Source: an uncultured beta proteobacterium
GTDB lineage: Bacteria; Pseudomonadota; Gammaproteobacteria; Burkholderiales; Casimicrobiaceae
Reading direction: 5' to 3'
Assembly: GCA_963734575.1 (NCBI GenBank)
Contig: CAVTHT010000007.1
Coordinates: forward strand, 288,549 to 352,548
DNA length: 64,000 bases
Shown: positions 45,102 through 55,526 of the stretch, piece by piece
Numbering within the stretch: position 1 is the first letter of the stretch
Layout: each line of letters begins with the position of its first letter
Program-made: the position numbers and the translations under genes
Notes under the pieces: generated by a model
Databases searched by the model: none
Told to the model about the DNA's origin: nothing
Seen by the model: only the letters and a program-made list of their open reading frames with translations

Positions 45102-45926
45102 TGGCAATCACCTTCATCGGCGGCGGCAACATGGCGCAGGCGCTGATCGGCGGCCTCACCGCCCGCGATGCGCGCACCGCCATCGGCGTCGTCGATCCGG
45201 CACCCGCCCAGCAGGCCGCGCTCCGCGCCCGGCTGCCGCGGGTGGACGTGGCTGCGGCCGCCGCTGAATCGGCCACCCTCGCGCGGTCGCGCCTCCTCGT
45301 GCTCGCCGTCAAGCCGCAGCAGATGCGTGACGCGGTACGGCCGCTGGTGCCGTTTCTCGGCTCACGGCCCGTCGTGCTGTCGATCGCGGCAGGCATCCGG
45401 CTGACCGACCTGCAGCGCTGGCTGGGCGGCTACGACCAGCTCGTGCGCGCCATGCCCAACACGCCCGCGCTGATCGGCAAGGGCATCGCGGGCATGTACG
45501 CGGCCCCATCGGTGGATGCCGCCGGGCCGCGAGCTCGCGGCGAGCGTGCTCGCGGCCGGCGGCGAGGTCGTGTGGGTGGGCGAGGAGGCGAAGCTCGACG
45601 CGATCACCGGCATCTCGAGCAGCGGTGCCGCCTACGTGTTCTATTTCATGGAGGCGCTCGAGCGCTCGGCACGCGAGCTCGGCTTCGCGGACAAGGAGGC
45701 GCGCGCCCTCGCCTACGCCACGTTCGCAGGCGCGATCGCCCTCGCCCAATCGAGCGAGCGCACGCCGGCCGAATTGCGTGCGAACGTGACCTCGAAGGGC
45801 GGCACCACCGAGCGGGCCCTGGCGAGCCTCGAAGAGGATGGCGTCGGGGACGCGATCGTCAAGGCCGTGATGGCGGCGACGGCGCGCGCGAACGAACTCG
45901 GCGATCTGTTCGGCAAGGAGGCGTGA
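45102..45926 (+). CDS. proC: pyrroline-5-carboxylate reductase; frame switch near 45520
   Basis: MAITFIGGGNMAQALIGGL...RAMPNTPALIGKGIAGMY, then in another frame ...ITGISSSGAAYVFYFMEAL...TSKGGTTERAL. Confidence 0.85.
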
Positions 45927-45928
45927 GC

Positions 45929-46510
45929 GTGGATCAGGCGCTGCGCTTCCTGATCGATACGGCCTTCGGCCTCCTGATGTACAGCTTCCTCCTGCGGTTC
46001 CTGATGCAGGCACTTCGGGCACCCTTCCGCAATCCGCTGGGGCCGGCAGTGATGGCGCTCACCGACTGGGCGGTGAAGCCCGTGCGTCGCGTGGTGCCCG
46101 GGGTGCGCGGCGTCGACTGGGCGACGCTTCTCCTCGCGTGGCTCACGCAATGGTTGTGGCTGCTCGTGCTCGCGCTGGTCGCGGCGGGCGCGCTCTCGGG
46201 ACCGGCGGTGGCGATGTTCGCGCTGCTCGCGATCGTGGAGCTCGTGAAGGCGGTGATCTGGATCCTGATCATCGCGGTGTTCGCCCAGGCGATCCTGTCG
46301 TGGGTCGCGCCCGATGGACCGCTGGCGGGACTCCTCAACGCGCTTACGTTCCGGTTCCTGTCGCCGCTGCGCCGCATGGTGCCTCCCATCGGCGGCACGC
46401 TCGACCTGTCGGCGCTGATCTTCATCGTGATCGCCCAGCTCGTGCTCATGCTGCCAGTGCGATGGCTGGAAGGCGCGGTGGTACAGGCCTTCCGCGGCGG
46501 CGCGCTGTAA
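45929..46510 (+). CDS. yggT: YggT-family membrane protein
   Basis: RBS AAGGAGG then GTG. VDQALRFLIDTAFGLLMYSFLLRFLMQ... and four TM segments. Confidence 0.7.
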   Translation: MDQALRFLIDTAFGLLMYSFLLRFLMQALRAPFRNPLGPAVMALTDWAVKPVRRVVPGVRGVDWATLLLAWLTQWLWLLVLALVAAGALSGPAVAMFALLAIVELVKAVIWILIIAVFAQAILSWVAPDGPLAGLLNALTFRFLSPLRRMVPPIGGTLDLSALIFIVIAQLVLMLPVRWLEGAVVQAFRGGAL

Positions 46511-46827
46511 TGTCCGACGCGGCGTGGTGCCGCGTCGAGCGCTCGGGTCCCTCCCTCGCGCTGATCCTCAGCGTGCATGCCCAGCCGGGCGCGCGGCGCA
46601 GCGAGGTCGCAGGTGTGCATGGCGACTCGCTCAAGATTCGCCTCGCCGCGCCTGCGGTCGAAGGCAAGGCCAACGACGCGCTGCTGCGCTTCCTTGCCGA
46701 CGCATTCGGCGTGCCGCTGCGGCAAGTCGCGCTGCTGCGCGGCGAGACCGCCCGCCGCAAGCTCGTGCGCATCGACGACCCCGTGCACCGGCCCGATCGC
46801 GACTGGGGGCGCGGCCCGTCGCCGTAG
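46510..46827 (+). CDS. yggU: DUF167 (YggU) protein
   Basis: LALILSVHAQPGARRSEVAGVHGDSLKIRLAAPAVEGKANDALLRFLADAFGV. The start overlaps the yggT stop (TAATG). Confidence 0.65.
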   Translation: MSDAAWCRVERSGPSLALILSVHAQPGARRSEVAGVHGDSLKIRLAAPAVEGKANDALLRFLADAFGVPLRQVALLRGETARRKLVRIDDPVHRPDRDWGRGPSP

Positions 46828-46829
46828 CG

Positions 46830-47615
46830 ACCGCTCAGGCGCTCGCCGCGAGCGTGTTGGCGAGCCGCACGAAATCCGAGCACGGCCAGCGTCTCGCCGC
46901 GCGCACCGGGATCGATGCCCGCGGCCGCGATCCTGCCTTCGTCACAGATCGGCCGCAGCGCATTGCGCAGCGTCTTGCGGCGCTGGCCGAAGCTCGCGGC
47001 AACGACGCGCTCGAACAGATCCCGATCGGTGATGCCGGGAGCAGCGCTGCGCAACGGCACGAGACGCGCTACCGCCGAGTCGACTTTCGGCGCCGGCCGG
47101 AATGCGCCGGGTGGCACGACGAAGAGCCGCGTGATCGCGAAGCGCACCTGCAGCATCACCGTCAGCCGGCCGTAGTCCGCCGTGCCGGGGCGTGCGGCCA
47201 TGCGCGCGACGACTTCCTTCTGCAGCATCACGTGCACGTCGCGCAGGAGGTCGCTGTACCCGGCGAGCTGGAACAGCAGCGGCGAGCTGATGTTGTAGGG
47301 AAGGTTGCCGACGATGCGCAGGTCGCGGCCGAGGGCGCTGAAATCGAACTCGAGCGCGTCACCCACCACCAGCGTCAGCTGCTCGCGCGGGAACTCCTCC
47401 TCGAGCCGCGCGGCGAGATCGCGATCGATCTCGAGCGCGGTGACGTGCCCGGCGCGCTCGATGAGCGAGCGCGTGAGTGCCGCCAGACCGGGACCGATCT
47501 CGACGATGGTCTCGCCATGCCGGGGCGACACCGCATCGACGATGCGCGCGATGTAATGCGGATCGACCAGGAAGTTCTGGCCGAAGCGCTTGCGGGGCTG
47601 GTGCGCTGCGGGCAC
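46830..47615 (-). CDS. rsmA: 16S rRNA (adenine1518/1519-N6)-dimethyltransferase; 1-bp indel near the 3' end removes the stop in the raw frame
   Basis: RKRFGQNFLVDPHYIARIV...VEIGPGLAALT...GNLPYNISSPLLF. The true C-terminus ...ETLAVLGFVRLANTLAASA* is only seen after a 1-nt correction. Confidence 0.85.
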
Positions 47616-47633
47616 GCTGCCGCGACGGCCGCT

Positions 47634-48662
47634 TCAGGCGGCGCGCGCACCGCCCGACGTGAGCTCGATGGCGAGCGCGAGCGCAGCTTCGAGGCTGCCG
47701 GGATCGGCGGTGCGCGCCTTCTGGGCATCGGCGGCCAGATCGAGCGCGGTGCCGTGGTCCACCGATGTGCGGATGAACGGCAGCCCCAGCGTCACGTTGA
47801 CCCCGCCCCCGAAGCTTGCCGCCTTGAGCGTCGGCAGGCCCTGGTCGTGGAACATGGCGATGATCGCGTCGTAGCCGCGGGCGTGCGCGGGGACGAAGAT
47901 CGTGTCGGCAGGCACGGGCCCGTCGACGTCGATGCCGCGCGCGCGTGCAGCGGCAATCGCCGGCGCGATCACGTCGATCTCCTCGCGCCCCATGTGGCCG
48001 CCTTCGCCGGCGTGGGGATTGAGTCCGCACACCGCGAGCCGCGGATGCGCGATGCCGAAGCGCGCAGCGAGATCGTGCGCGACGATGGCGATGGTTTCCT
48101 CCACGGCCGCGTCCGTGATCGCGGTCGGCACGTCCCTGAGCGGCAGGTGCGTCGTGACCAGCGCGACGCGCAGCGGGTGCGCGGCCTCGCCGCCGACCAG
48201 CAGCATCACCACGCGTGGCGTGTGCGTGCGCTCGGCGAGGAACTCGGTGTGGCCCGAGAAGGGAATGCCCGCGTCGAGCAGCACGCTCTTCTGCACCGGG
48301 GCGGTCACCATCGCCGAGAATGCGCCGGCCGCGCACGCGTCGCAGGCGCGGCTCAGCATGAGCAGCACGCTGTGCGCGTTGGTCGGGTCGGGATGGCCGG
48401 GCCGCACCGGCGCGGCGACCGGCTGGTGCCACACCTCGATTGCGCCGGGCGGGGCGTGGAGCGCGGCGGGATCGTGATCGACGTAGACCGGATGCAGGCC
48501 GATGCGCGCCGCGCGTTCCTCGAGCAGCGGGCGATCGCCGATTACCACGATGCGCGCGGCGCGCGATGCGGCGTCATGGCGGGCGGCGATCATCGCGCAA
48601 AGTTCCGGACCGATGCCGGCCGGCTCGCCGGCGGTCAACGCGATGGTGGGATACGCGCTCAT
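47634..48662 (-). CDS. pdxA: 4-hydroxythreonine-4-phosphate dehydrogenase
   Basis: MSAYPTIALTAGEPAGIGPEL...GHTEFLAE...GLNPHAGEGGHMGREE; intact. Confidence 0.9.
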   Translation of the reverse strand: MSAYPTIALTAGEPAGIGPELCAMIAARHDAASRAARIVVIGDRPLLEERAARIGLHPVYVDHDPAALHAPPGAIEVWHQPVAAPVRPGHPDPTNAHSVLLMLSRACDACAAGAFSAMVTAPVQKSVLLDAGIPFSGHTEFLAERTHTPRVVMLLVGGEAAHPLRVALVTTHLPLRDVPTAITDAAVEETIAIVAHDLAARFGIAHPRLAVCGLNPHAGEGGHMGREEIDVIAPAIAAARARGIDVDGPVPADTIFVPAHARGYDAIIAMFHDQGLPTLKAASFGGGVNVTLGLPFIRTSVDHGTALDLAADAQKARTADPGSLEAALALAIELTSGGARAA

Positions 48663-50891
48663 GAGCGGATGGTGACCTCGCAGGCGTCGCTGTCGCCGAA
48701 CCGCTCGACCTTCACGTCTTCCGTCACGGAGATCCGTGCGTGCGCGCCGTCCATCGCGACCGCCGCCTGCGCGAAGCCATCGAGCGCCTGCGTCGGCCGG
48801 CCGAACAGCCAGAGCTGCGCGAGCGGGCGCGCCGTGTCGATGTCGCCGGTGTGCTGCACCGCGGGTCCCAGCGGCAGCACGTAGCCTTCACGCCCGAAGA
48901 CCGGGAACTGATCGAGCGTCGCGCGGTAGCGCATCACGCGATTGCCGGGCACGCGCTGGCGCGAGTTGAGATCGAACCAGCCGCCCGGCGGCAGCGCGAT
49001 CTCGGCCTCGCCATCGGGCTGCACGATCGGCGCGACGAGGAGCGCATCGCCGCACATGAACTGGGTTTCGCAGCGCCGCGCGAGGGTGCTGCCCGGAAAG
49101 GCGAGCGGCATCGCGCGCATGACCGGCATGCCGGTGCGCGAGGCCTGCTGCAGGACTCGCTCGAGGTACGGCAGCAGGCGGTACCTGAAACGCGATCCAC
49201 TTGCGCGCGATCGCCTCGGCTTGCTCGCCGCCGGCCCACGGCTCGCGCTCCGCCGGCCCGCGCACCACGCAATGCGAGGCGAACAGCGCGGCCTGCAGCC
49301 AGCGCATGCCGAGCTCGGCATCGTGGGGTCCCGCACCATACGTGCCCGGTGCCGCGAAGGCGTGCAGCGGCATGCCGCTCATGCCGAGCGACAGCGCACC
49401 GCGGATCGTCGCGGCGAGCCCCTCCCAGTCGTTCTGCGCGGCGCGGCCCGCGGGCACGGCGGCACGCTGACCCGCGCTCCAGCCGGCACGCGCCACGACG
49501 AGGGGCGGTCCGTCCTGCGGCGCGCGAAAGCGGGCGGCGGCATCGTGCACGCAACGGTTGAACAGCACGGGATAGACGTTGTGCAGGCGCGCGCCGCGCT
49601 CGCCGCCGTGCGCGAACGCATCTTCCGGAACGTGCTCGCCGCCCTCGGTCTGGACGGCATCGACACCCACCGCGAAGAGATCTGCATGGGCATCGCGCCA
49701 CCAGCTCGCCGCCGCGGGGTTGGCGAAATCCACGAGGCCGCAGTCGGGCGGCTGCGCCAGCGCCGACTTGCCGGCCGCCGACGCGTTGCCGAACCATGCG
49801 CCGCTCAGCACGTACGGCCCGCCGTGCGCGGCACGCAGCAGGTAGCCGCGACTCGCGAGCGCCTCGAAGAGCGGCGAATGCACCGACACGTAGGGCGACT
49901 CGCTGACCGCGACGCGAACATCGTGGCGCTTGATGTCGCGCAGTGCTGCGGCGGGCTCGCCGTATCGCGTGGGGTCCCAGTCGAAATCGAAACCGCGTTC
50001 GGTGGTCCACGTCGCAGCCGCATCGAGCGCGATCACGTCGCACGGGATCTTGCGCCGGCGCAGCTGGGCGATGGCCCGCGCCGCATCCTCGGGTGTCGCG
50101 TAGGCGCTGCGCGCGAGCTGCAGCCCCAGGCTCCACAGCGGCACGTCCGGCGCGTGGCCGGTGACCTCGGCGTGGCGCTCGAGGATCGTCGCGGGCGTGT
50201 CGGCGGCGTACAGAAAGAGGTCCAGCGCCTCGTCGTCGACGACGAAGCCGTACGTGCGATGCGACCAGTCCGGATGCCCGACGCCGTGGATCACCGCGCC
50301 GGGCGTGTGCACGAACGCGCCCCACGCCCCCTTGCCACGCCCCGGGCTCCAGGCGAACGGCGTCTCGTGGTGCGCGAGGCCGGCGTTGACGCCCTGCGCG
50401 TCCTGCACCCACGAATGCAGCAGCTGTCCGCGACGATCGAGCGGCCCGTATTTCTCGCCGAGACCATAGACCGGCTCGCCTGCCGCGAGCGCGAAGGCCG
50501 CCATCCACTGGCCACCCTGGCGCACGCGACCGAACGCCGGCAGGCGCGTCGTGCCGTCCGGCAGCTCGTCCTCGATGGAGCCGACGAGCGCGACGCCTTC
50601 GCGCACGAGCCGGAAGGCGAGCGGCGCGCCGCGCAGCTCGAGCGTGGCGTCGCCGCTGCCGAAGCGATAGACGCCGGCTTCCTGCGCGAACGTGCAGGGC
50701 TTTGCGCGCCCCGCGATGAGCCCGTGGTCGGGCCGCGTCTTCGGTCCGATGCGCAGCCGAAATACGCCGGGGCCGAACGACGACACCTCGAGGATGTCGC
50801 CGGTGGACGTTGCGAACGATGCGCCGGCGGACGTCGAGCCGATGCAATGCGGCGCCTCGAGGCGCAGGTACGAGGTGGCGTCGAAAGGCAT
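48659..50891 (-). CDS. glycoside hydrolase family 31 alpha-glucosidase/alpha-xylosidase; one frame switch
   Basis: GEKYGPLDRRGQLLHSWVQDAQG ... VIALDAAATWTTERGFDFDWDPTRY ... C-terminal domain PYLERVLQQASRTGMPVMRAMPLAFPGS. Its stop overlaps the pdxA ATG (ATGA). Confidence 0.8.
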
Positions 50892-50906
50892 CGGCCGGCT
50901 CGCGCG

Positions 50907-51800
50907 TCAGCCGGCGAAGTACGGTTCCGGAAGTCCCGGCACGTCGACGTTCATCGCGAACAATCCGCCCGAGGCGGGAAAGCGCTGCAGCTCGTCGTCG
51001 GACAGCCGCTGGCGCGCCGTGGTGACGTACAGCGTGCGCAGGTCGGCGCCACCGAACGCACACATCGAGGGACAGCTCGCCGGCAGTGCGTAGCGCGCGA
51101 GGAGCTCGCCACGCGGCGAGAACCGCACGACGGCTCCGCCGTGATAGAGCGCGACCCAGTAGCAGCCGTCGCTGTCGACGGCCGCACCATCGGGCCGATC
51201 GCCGGGCGCGGTGAAGCGCGCGAACACGCGGCCGTTGCCGATGTCGCCCGTGCGCGGATCGAAGTCGAACGCGCGCACCGTCTGCGCGGGCGTATCGGCG
51301 TGATACATCGTGCGTCCGTCGGGACTCCATGCGAGGCCGTTGGAGATGGTCAGCTCGCCCACCATGGGCGTGAGCGTGCCGTCCTGCTCGAGGCGCATCA
51401 GCGCGGCCGTCGCGCCGTCGCGCCGCTCGTTCATGTACCCGGGCCAGAAGCGCCCCTGCGGATCGCAGCGGCCGTCGTTGAAGCGATGCGTCGCCGTGTC
51501 GTAGGGCGCGTCGGCGATCCTGCGCAGGGGTTGCCCGGCGCGGTCGAGGCGCCACACGCCGCTGCGCATCGCCGCGATGAAGCCGCCGCTGCGGCACAGC
51601 GCGAAGCAGCCGATCGATTCCGGCAGCTTCATCTTCACGTTGTCCCCACTCCGCGGATCGAACCGATTGAGTGAGGGCTCGTTGATGTCGATCCAGTAGA
51701 GCACCCGCTCGACGAGCGACCATACCGGACCTTCGCCGAGGCTCGCGCGGGCGTCGAGCACGCACGTGAAAGCGGAGGTGGATGGAGACGAATCGTTCAT
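50907..51800 (-). CDS. SMP-30/gluconolactonase/LRE-like lactonase
   Basis: LGEGPVWSLVERVLYWIDI...RFNDGRCDPQGRFWPGYM...ISNGLAWSPDGRTMYHADT...DGAAVDSDGCYWVALYHGGAV. Confidence 0.75.
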   Translation of the reverse strand: MNDSSPSTSAFTCVLDARASLGEGPVWSLVERVLYWIDINEPSLNRFDPRSGDNVKMKLPESIGCFALCRSGGFIAAMRSGVWRLDRAGQPLRRIADAPYDTATHRFNDGRCDPQGRFWPGYMNERRDGATAALMRLEQDGTLTPMVGELTISNGLAWSPDGRTMYHADTPAQTVRAFDFDPRTGDIGNGRVFARFTAPGDRPDGAAVDSDGCYWVALYHGGAVVRFSPRGELLARYALPASCPSMCAFGGADLRTLYVTTARQRLSDDELQRFPASGGLFAMNVDVPGLPEPYFAG

Positions 51801-52726
51801 GCGGCTGCCCGGACGGATATCTCCATCGTACAAGAAAAGGATTCGCCGGCACCCAGCACGCGCGTGCCGGTGTCGCGCTCGCCGCGCTCGGCGCGATTGA
51901 AGGCGTCGGTCATCTGCGTCACCGGCTCGATGGCAAGGAACGTGCCGTGCGGCGGAACGTAGACGACGAAATAGGGACATGCGGTGTCGCCGCGCAGCGT
52001 CGTCACGCGCGCTGCTGCCGGATGACGGAGCTCGGCCGCGCCCTGCCAGCCGGTGTAGACGTTGTCGAGGAAGAGATTGGCGATGCCGCGCGGCGGATCG
52101 AACAGGAACTTGCCGGCGACGGCGGCGTGACGCACGGGCAGGATCGTGTCGTCGGTCTCCCACACGCCTTTCGCACCGAAGCCGAGCGTTGTGTCGGGCG
52201 AGCCGGGGAAGAACGGATGCCAGCCGAGGCCGAACGGGAACGGTCCATCGCCGCGGTTCGTGAGCGTGAGGCGCATGCGCAGCACCGCGTTCGTGTCGTC
52301 GCCACCGAGCTGCAACCACTGCGTCGCGCGGAACGGCCATGGCCATGCGCGTGCATTGGCATCCCCCGTGCCGCTCCTGCGCGGTTCGTGTTCAGAGGCC
52401 AGCAACGCGCTCGTCTCGTCGTGATCGAGCACGTCCCACGGCCGCTGCCAGCCGACGCCATGGATCGCGTGCGGGTGATCGCCGAAGTTGCGGTCGAGCT
52501 GGTGCATCGTGCCGCGGAACGCGAGGCGCCCGCGCTCGATGCGATTCGAGTACGGCACGAGCGGATAGCACGCGTGGCGGCGCACGTCCCCGTCGGCGAT
52601 CGCGTCGGACGGCGTGGCGCGCAGCACCGGTGCGCCCCGCCAGTCGAAGCGCGCGATCGCGCCGCCCGTCGTCGGCGCGAGATCCACGACGGCATCGTCG
52701 TGGCGCAGGGTGAGGAGGGAAGGCAT
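51797..52726 (-). CDS. aldose 1-epimerase family protein
   Basis: YPLVPYSNRI...HAIHGVGWQRPWDVL...GLGWHPFF...; intact. Its stop overlaps the lactonase ATG (ATGA). Confidence 0.7.
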   Translation of the reverse strand: MPSLLTLRHDDAVVDLAPTTGGAIARFDWRGAPVLRATPSDAIADGDVRRHACYPLVPYSNRIERGRLAFRGTMHQLDRNFGDHPHAIHGVGWQRPWDVLDHDETSALLASEHEPRRSGTGDANARAWPWPFRATQWLQLGGDDTNAVLRMRLTLTNRGDGPFPFGLGWHPFFPGSPDTTLGFGAKGVWETDDTILPVRHAAVAGKFLFDPPRGIANLFLDNVYTGWQGAAELRHPAAARVTTLRGDTACPYFVVYVPPHGTFLAIEPVTQMTDAFNRAERGERDTGTRVLGAGESFSCTMEISVRAAA

Positions 52727-52834
52727 GGTCGACGATCGCGGCCAACTGCGGCGCAGGAGATGCGCTCGATTCTACGCGACGGCCCTCGCGCTCGCGCCGG
52801 CACGGTCGTTGCAATCGCGCGCCGCAGCGTGACC

Positions 52835-52840
52835 TATAAT
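52835..52840 (+). promoter_or_regulatory. perfect TATAAT -10 hexamer upstream of azlC; the paired -35 (TTGCAA at 52809) gives a 20-nt spacer, so this is uncertain
   Basis: A perfect AT-rich hexamer in a ~70% GC background, 58 bp upstream of the azlC ATG. Confidence 0.25.
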
Positions 52841-52897
52841 GCGGCTCGACCAGGGAGGCGCCGGCTTCCCTTTTTTGTTGCCCGCGATCACGCTGCC

Positions 52898-53605
52898 ATG
52901 TCACGCGCCTTTTCCGCCAGCGACTTCCGCGAAGGGTTCGTGGAGATGCTGCCCGCGTGCATCGGCCTCATCCCGTTCGGTCTCGTGACGGGTATCGGCG
53001 CTGCGGCGGCCGGTGCAGACTTCTGGGCCGCGCTCGGGATGAGCGCGATCATCTTTTCCGGTGCGGCGCAGGTGCTCGCGGCGCAGCTCTTCGCGAGCGG
53101 TGCGCCGGTCGGCGTCATCATCCTGACGTGTTTCGTGGCCGGCCTGCGCTTCCTGCTCTACAGCGCTGCCATGGCGCCGTACCTGCGGCCGTTGCCCGCG
53201 CGGTGGCAGCAGGGGCTCGCGTTCCTGCTCACCGACCAGGCCTTCGCCGCGTCGATCCGCCGCTTCGACGCGAGCGCCGATCCGCACGCGGGCGCATCGC
53301 ATTTCCTCGGCGGCGGGTCCGCGCTGTGGATCGGCTGGCAGGTGACCAACATCATCGGGTTCTTCGCCGGCGCGTCGATCCCGGCGTCGTGGTCGCTCGA
53401 TTTCGCGGTGCCGCTGTGCTTCCTCGCGCTGGTTGCGCCCGCTTTGCGCAGCTCCGCGCACGTCGCCGCCGCCGTCACCGCGGGCGTGAGCGTGCTGCTG
53501 CTCGGCGGGCTGCCCATGAAGCTCAACTTGATCGCGGCCGGGCTCCTCGGCATCGCCGCGGGCGTGGCCACCGAGTTCGGCCACGCGCGGGCGAAGCGCG
53601 CATGA
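52898..53605 (+). CDS. azlC: branched-chain amino acid exporter component AzlC
   Basis: MSRAFSASDFREGFVEMLPACIGLIPFGLVTGIGAAAAGADFWAALGMSAIIFSGAAQ... Confidence 0.75.
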   Translation: MSRAFSASDFREGFVEMLPACIGLIPFGLVTGIGAAAAGADFWAALGMSAIIFSGAAQVLAAQLFASGAPVGVIILTCFVAGLRFLLYSAAMAPYLRPLPARWQQGLAFLLTDQAFAASIRRFDASADPHAGASHFLGGGSALWIGWQVTNIIGFFAGASIPASWSLDFAVPLCFLALVAPALRSSAHVAAAVTAGVSVLLLGGLPMKLNLIAAGLLGIAAGVATEFGHARAKRA

Positions 53606-53669
53606 GGGCGCCGGGCCGCCCCCAGCCCGAATGCCGGAGCGCGCAGCGCGGGGCACTCCAGTGAGCCCG

Positions 53670-53999
53670 ATGCTGAAGATCTGGGTGGTGATCGTCGTCG
53701 TCGGCGGGCTCAACTACCTTTCGCGCCTGTCGTTCATTGCGCTCTTCTCGCGGCGGAGCATGCCCACCGGCGTGGCGCGGGCGCTCAAGTACGTGCCTGC
53801 TGCGATGCTCACCGCGCTGATCGTCCCGATGATCCTGGCGGCACCTGCGGGCGTGCTGCCGGTCCATCTCAACGCGCGCGTGTGGGCCGCGCTCGTGGCG
53901 GGGGTGGTGGCGTTCCGCACTCGCAGCACGCTCGCGACGCTCGTCACGGGCATGGCGACGCTGTGGATTCTCGAGGCCACGGTCCTGCCCGCGGCCTGA
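53670..53999 (+). CDS. azlD: AzlD-family small membrane protein
   Basis: MLKIWVVIVVVGGLNYLSRLSFIALFSRRSMPTGVARALKYVPAAMLTALIVPMIL. Downstream partner of azlC. Confidence 0.6.
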   Translation: MLKIWVVIVVVGGLNYLSRLSFIALFSRRSMPTGVARALKYVPAAMLTALIVPMILAAPAGVLPVHLNARVWAALVAGVVAFRTRSTLATLVTGMATLWILEATVLPAA

Positions 54000-54047
54000 C
54001 CGGGGCGCTGCCATCGGCTAACATTGCAGTTCTCCCCCGGAGATCCC

Positions 54048-54893
54048 ATGCGCTTCGAAGGCACCGACACGTACGTCGCCACCCCGGACCTGATGCTCGC
54101 GGTCAACGCGGCGATCGCGCTCGAGCGTCCGCTGCTCGTCAAGGGCGAGCCGGGGACCGGCAAGACGATGCTCGCCGAGGAAGTCGCGCGCTCGCTGCAG
54201 CGACCCCTCTACCAGTGGCACGTCAAGTCCACGACCAAGGCGCAGCAGGGCCTGTACGAGTACGACGCCGTGTCGCGGCTGCGCGATTCGCAGCTCGGCG
54301 ATGGCCGCGTGGCCGACATCGCGAACTACATCAAGCGCGGCGTGCTGTGGGAGGCGTTCGAGGCGGAGACCCCGGCCGTCGTGCTGATCGACGAGGTGGA
54401 CAAGGCCGACATCGAGTTTCCGAACGACCTCCTGCGCGAGCTCGACCGCATGGAGTTCTACGTCTACGAGACGCAGCAGACCATCCGGGCGCGGCATCGG
54501 CCCCTCGTCGTCATCACCAGCAACAACGAGAAGGAGCTGCCCGACGCCTTCCTGCGCCGCTGCTTCTTCCATTACATCCGCTTCCCCGATCGCGAGACCA
54601 TGACGCGCATCGTCGACGTGCACTTCCCGGGGCTCAAGAAGGCTCTGCTGCAGGAGGCGCTGGAGGTGTTCTTCAACCTGCGCGACGTGCCGGGACTGAA
54701 GAAGCGGCCGTCGACGTCCGAGCTCCTCGACTGGCTCAAGCTGCTGCTCGCCGAGGACATCCCGCCGGAGGCGCTGCACAGCACCGACCGCAAGGTGCTG
54801 ATCCCGCCGCTGCACGGGGCGCTGCTCAAGAACGAGCAGGACGTGCATCTCTTCGAGCGCGTCGCCTTCATGGCCCGCGCCGGCAGGAGCTGA
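54048..54893 (+). CDS. MoxR-like AAA+ ATPase (AAA_5 / CoxD-NorQ-CbbQ type)
   Basis: LLVKGEPGTGKTMLAEEVA (Walker A), VLIDEVDKAD (Walker B), arginine finger region; intact. Confidence 0.8.
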   Translation: MRFEGTDTYVATPDLMLAVNAAIALERPLLVKGEPGTGKTMLAEEVARSLQRPLYQWHVKSTTKAQQGLYEYDAVSRLRDSQLGDGRVADIANYIKRGVLWEAFEAETPAVVLIDEVDKADIEFPNDLLRELDRMEFYVYETQQTIRARHRPLVVITSNNEKELPDAFLRRCFFHYIRFPDRETMTRIVDVHFPGLKKALLQEALEVFFNLRDVPGLKKRPSTSELLDWLKLLLAEDIPPEALHSTDRKVLIPPLHGALLKNEQDVHLFERVAFMARAGRS

Positions 54894-54903
54894 CGGGCCC
54901 GCC

Positions 54904-55518
54904 GTGGCCTTCGTCGATCCCGTCGTGCTCGCCGGCCGGCGCGTGACGCTGGAGCCGCTCGCGCACGGGCACGAAGCGGCACTGCGTGCGGCCGCGTCCG
55001 ACGGCGCGCTGTGGAACCTCTGGTACACCTCCGTGCCTTCGCCCGAGCGGGTCGGCGCGTACATCGAGACCGCACTCGACATGCGCGATCGCCTCGGCGC
55101 GATGCCGTTCGTGGTGCGCGACAACGCCGAGGACGCGATCGTCGGCACCACGCGCTATTTCAACGTCGAGGCGACGCACCGGCGCCTGGAGATCGGCCAC
55201 ACGTGGTACGCGAAGCGCGTGCAGCGCACCGCCGTCAACACGGAGTGCAAGCTGCTGCTGCTGGGTCACGCCTTCGAGCAGCTCGGCTGCATCGCCGTCG
55301 AGTTCCGCACCAGCGCGTTCAACTTCGCCTCGCGCGAGGCGATCGCACGCCTCGGCGCGAAACAGGACGGCATCCTGCGCAATCACATGCTGCTGCCCGA
55401 TGGCACGCGGCGCGACACCGTGGTGTTCAGCATCCTCGACAACGAGTGGCCGGCGGTGCGCAGGCACCTCGCCTGGCGCCTCGAGCGCCACGGCGGCGCC
55501 GGGGTCGGCCGCGAATAG
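54904..55518 (+). CDS. GNAT-family N-acetyltransferase (RimJ/RimL-like)
   Basis: VTLEPLAHGHEAALRAAASDGALWNLWY...RRLEIGHTWYAKRVQRTAVNTECKLLLLGHAFEQLGCIAVEFRTSAFNFASREAIARLG. Confidence 0.75.
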   Translation: MAFVDPVVLAGRRVTLEPLAHGHEAALRAAASDGALWNLWYTSVPSPERVGAYIETALDMRDRLGAMPFVVRDNAEDAIVGTTRYFNVEATHRRLEIGHTWYAKRVQRTAVNTECKLLLLGHAFEQLGCIAVEFRTSAFNFASREAIARLGAKQDGILRNHMLLPDGTRRDTVVFSILDNEWPAVRRHLAWRLERHGGAGVGRE

Positions 55519-55526
55519 AGGCGGCC

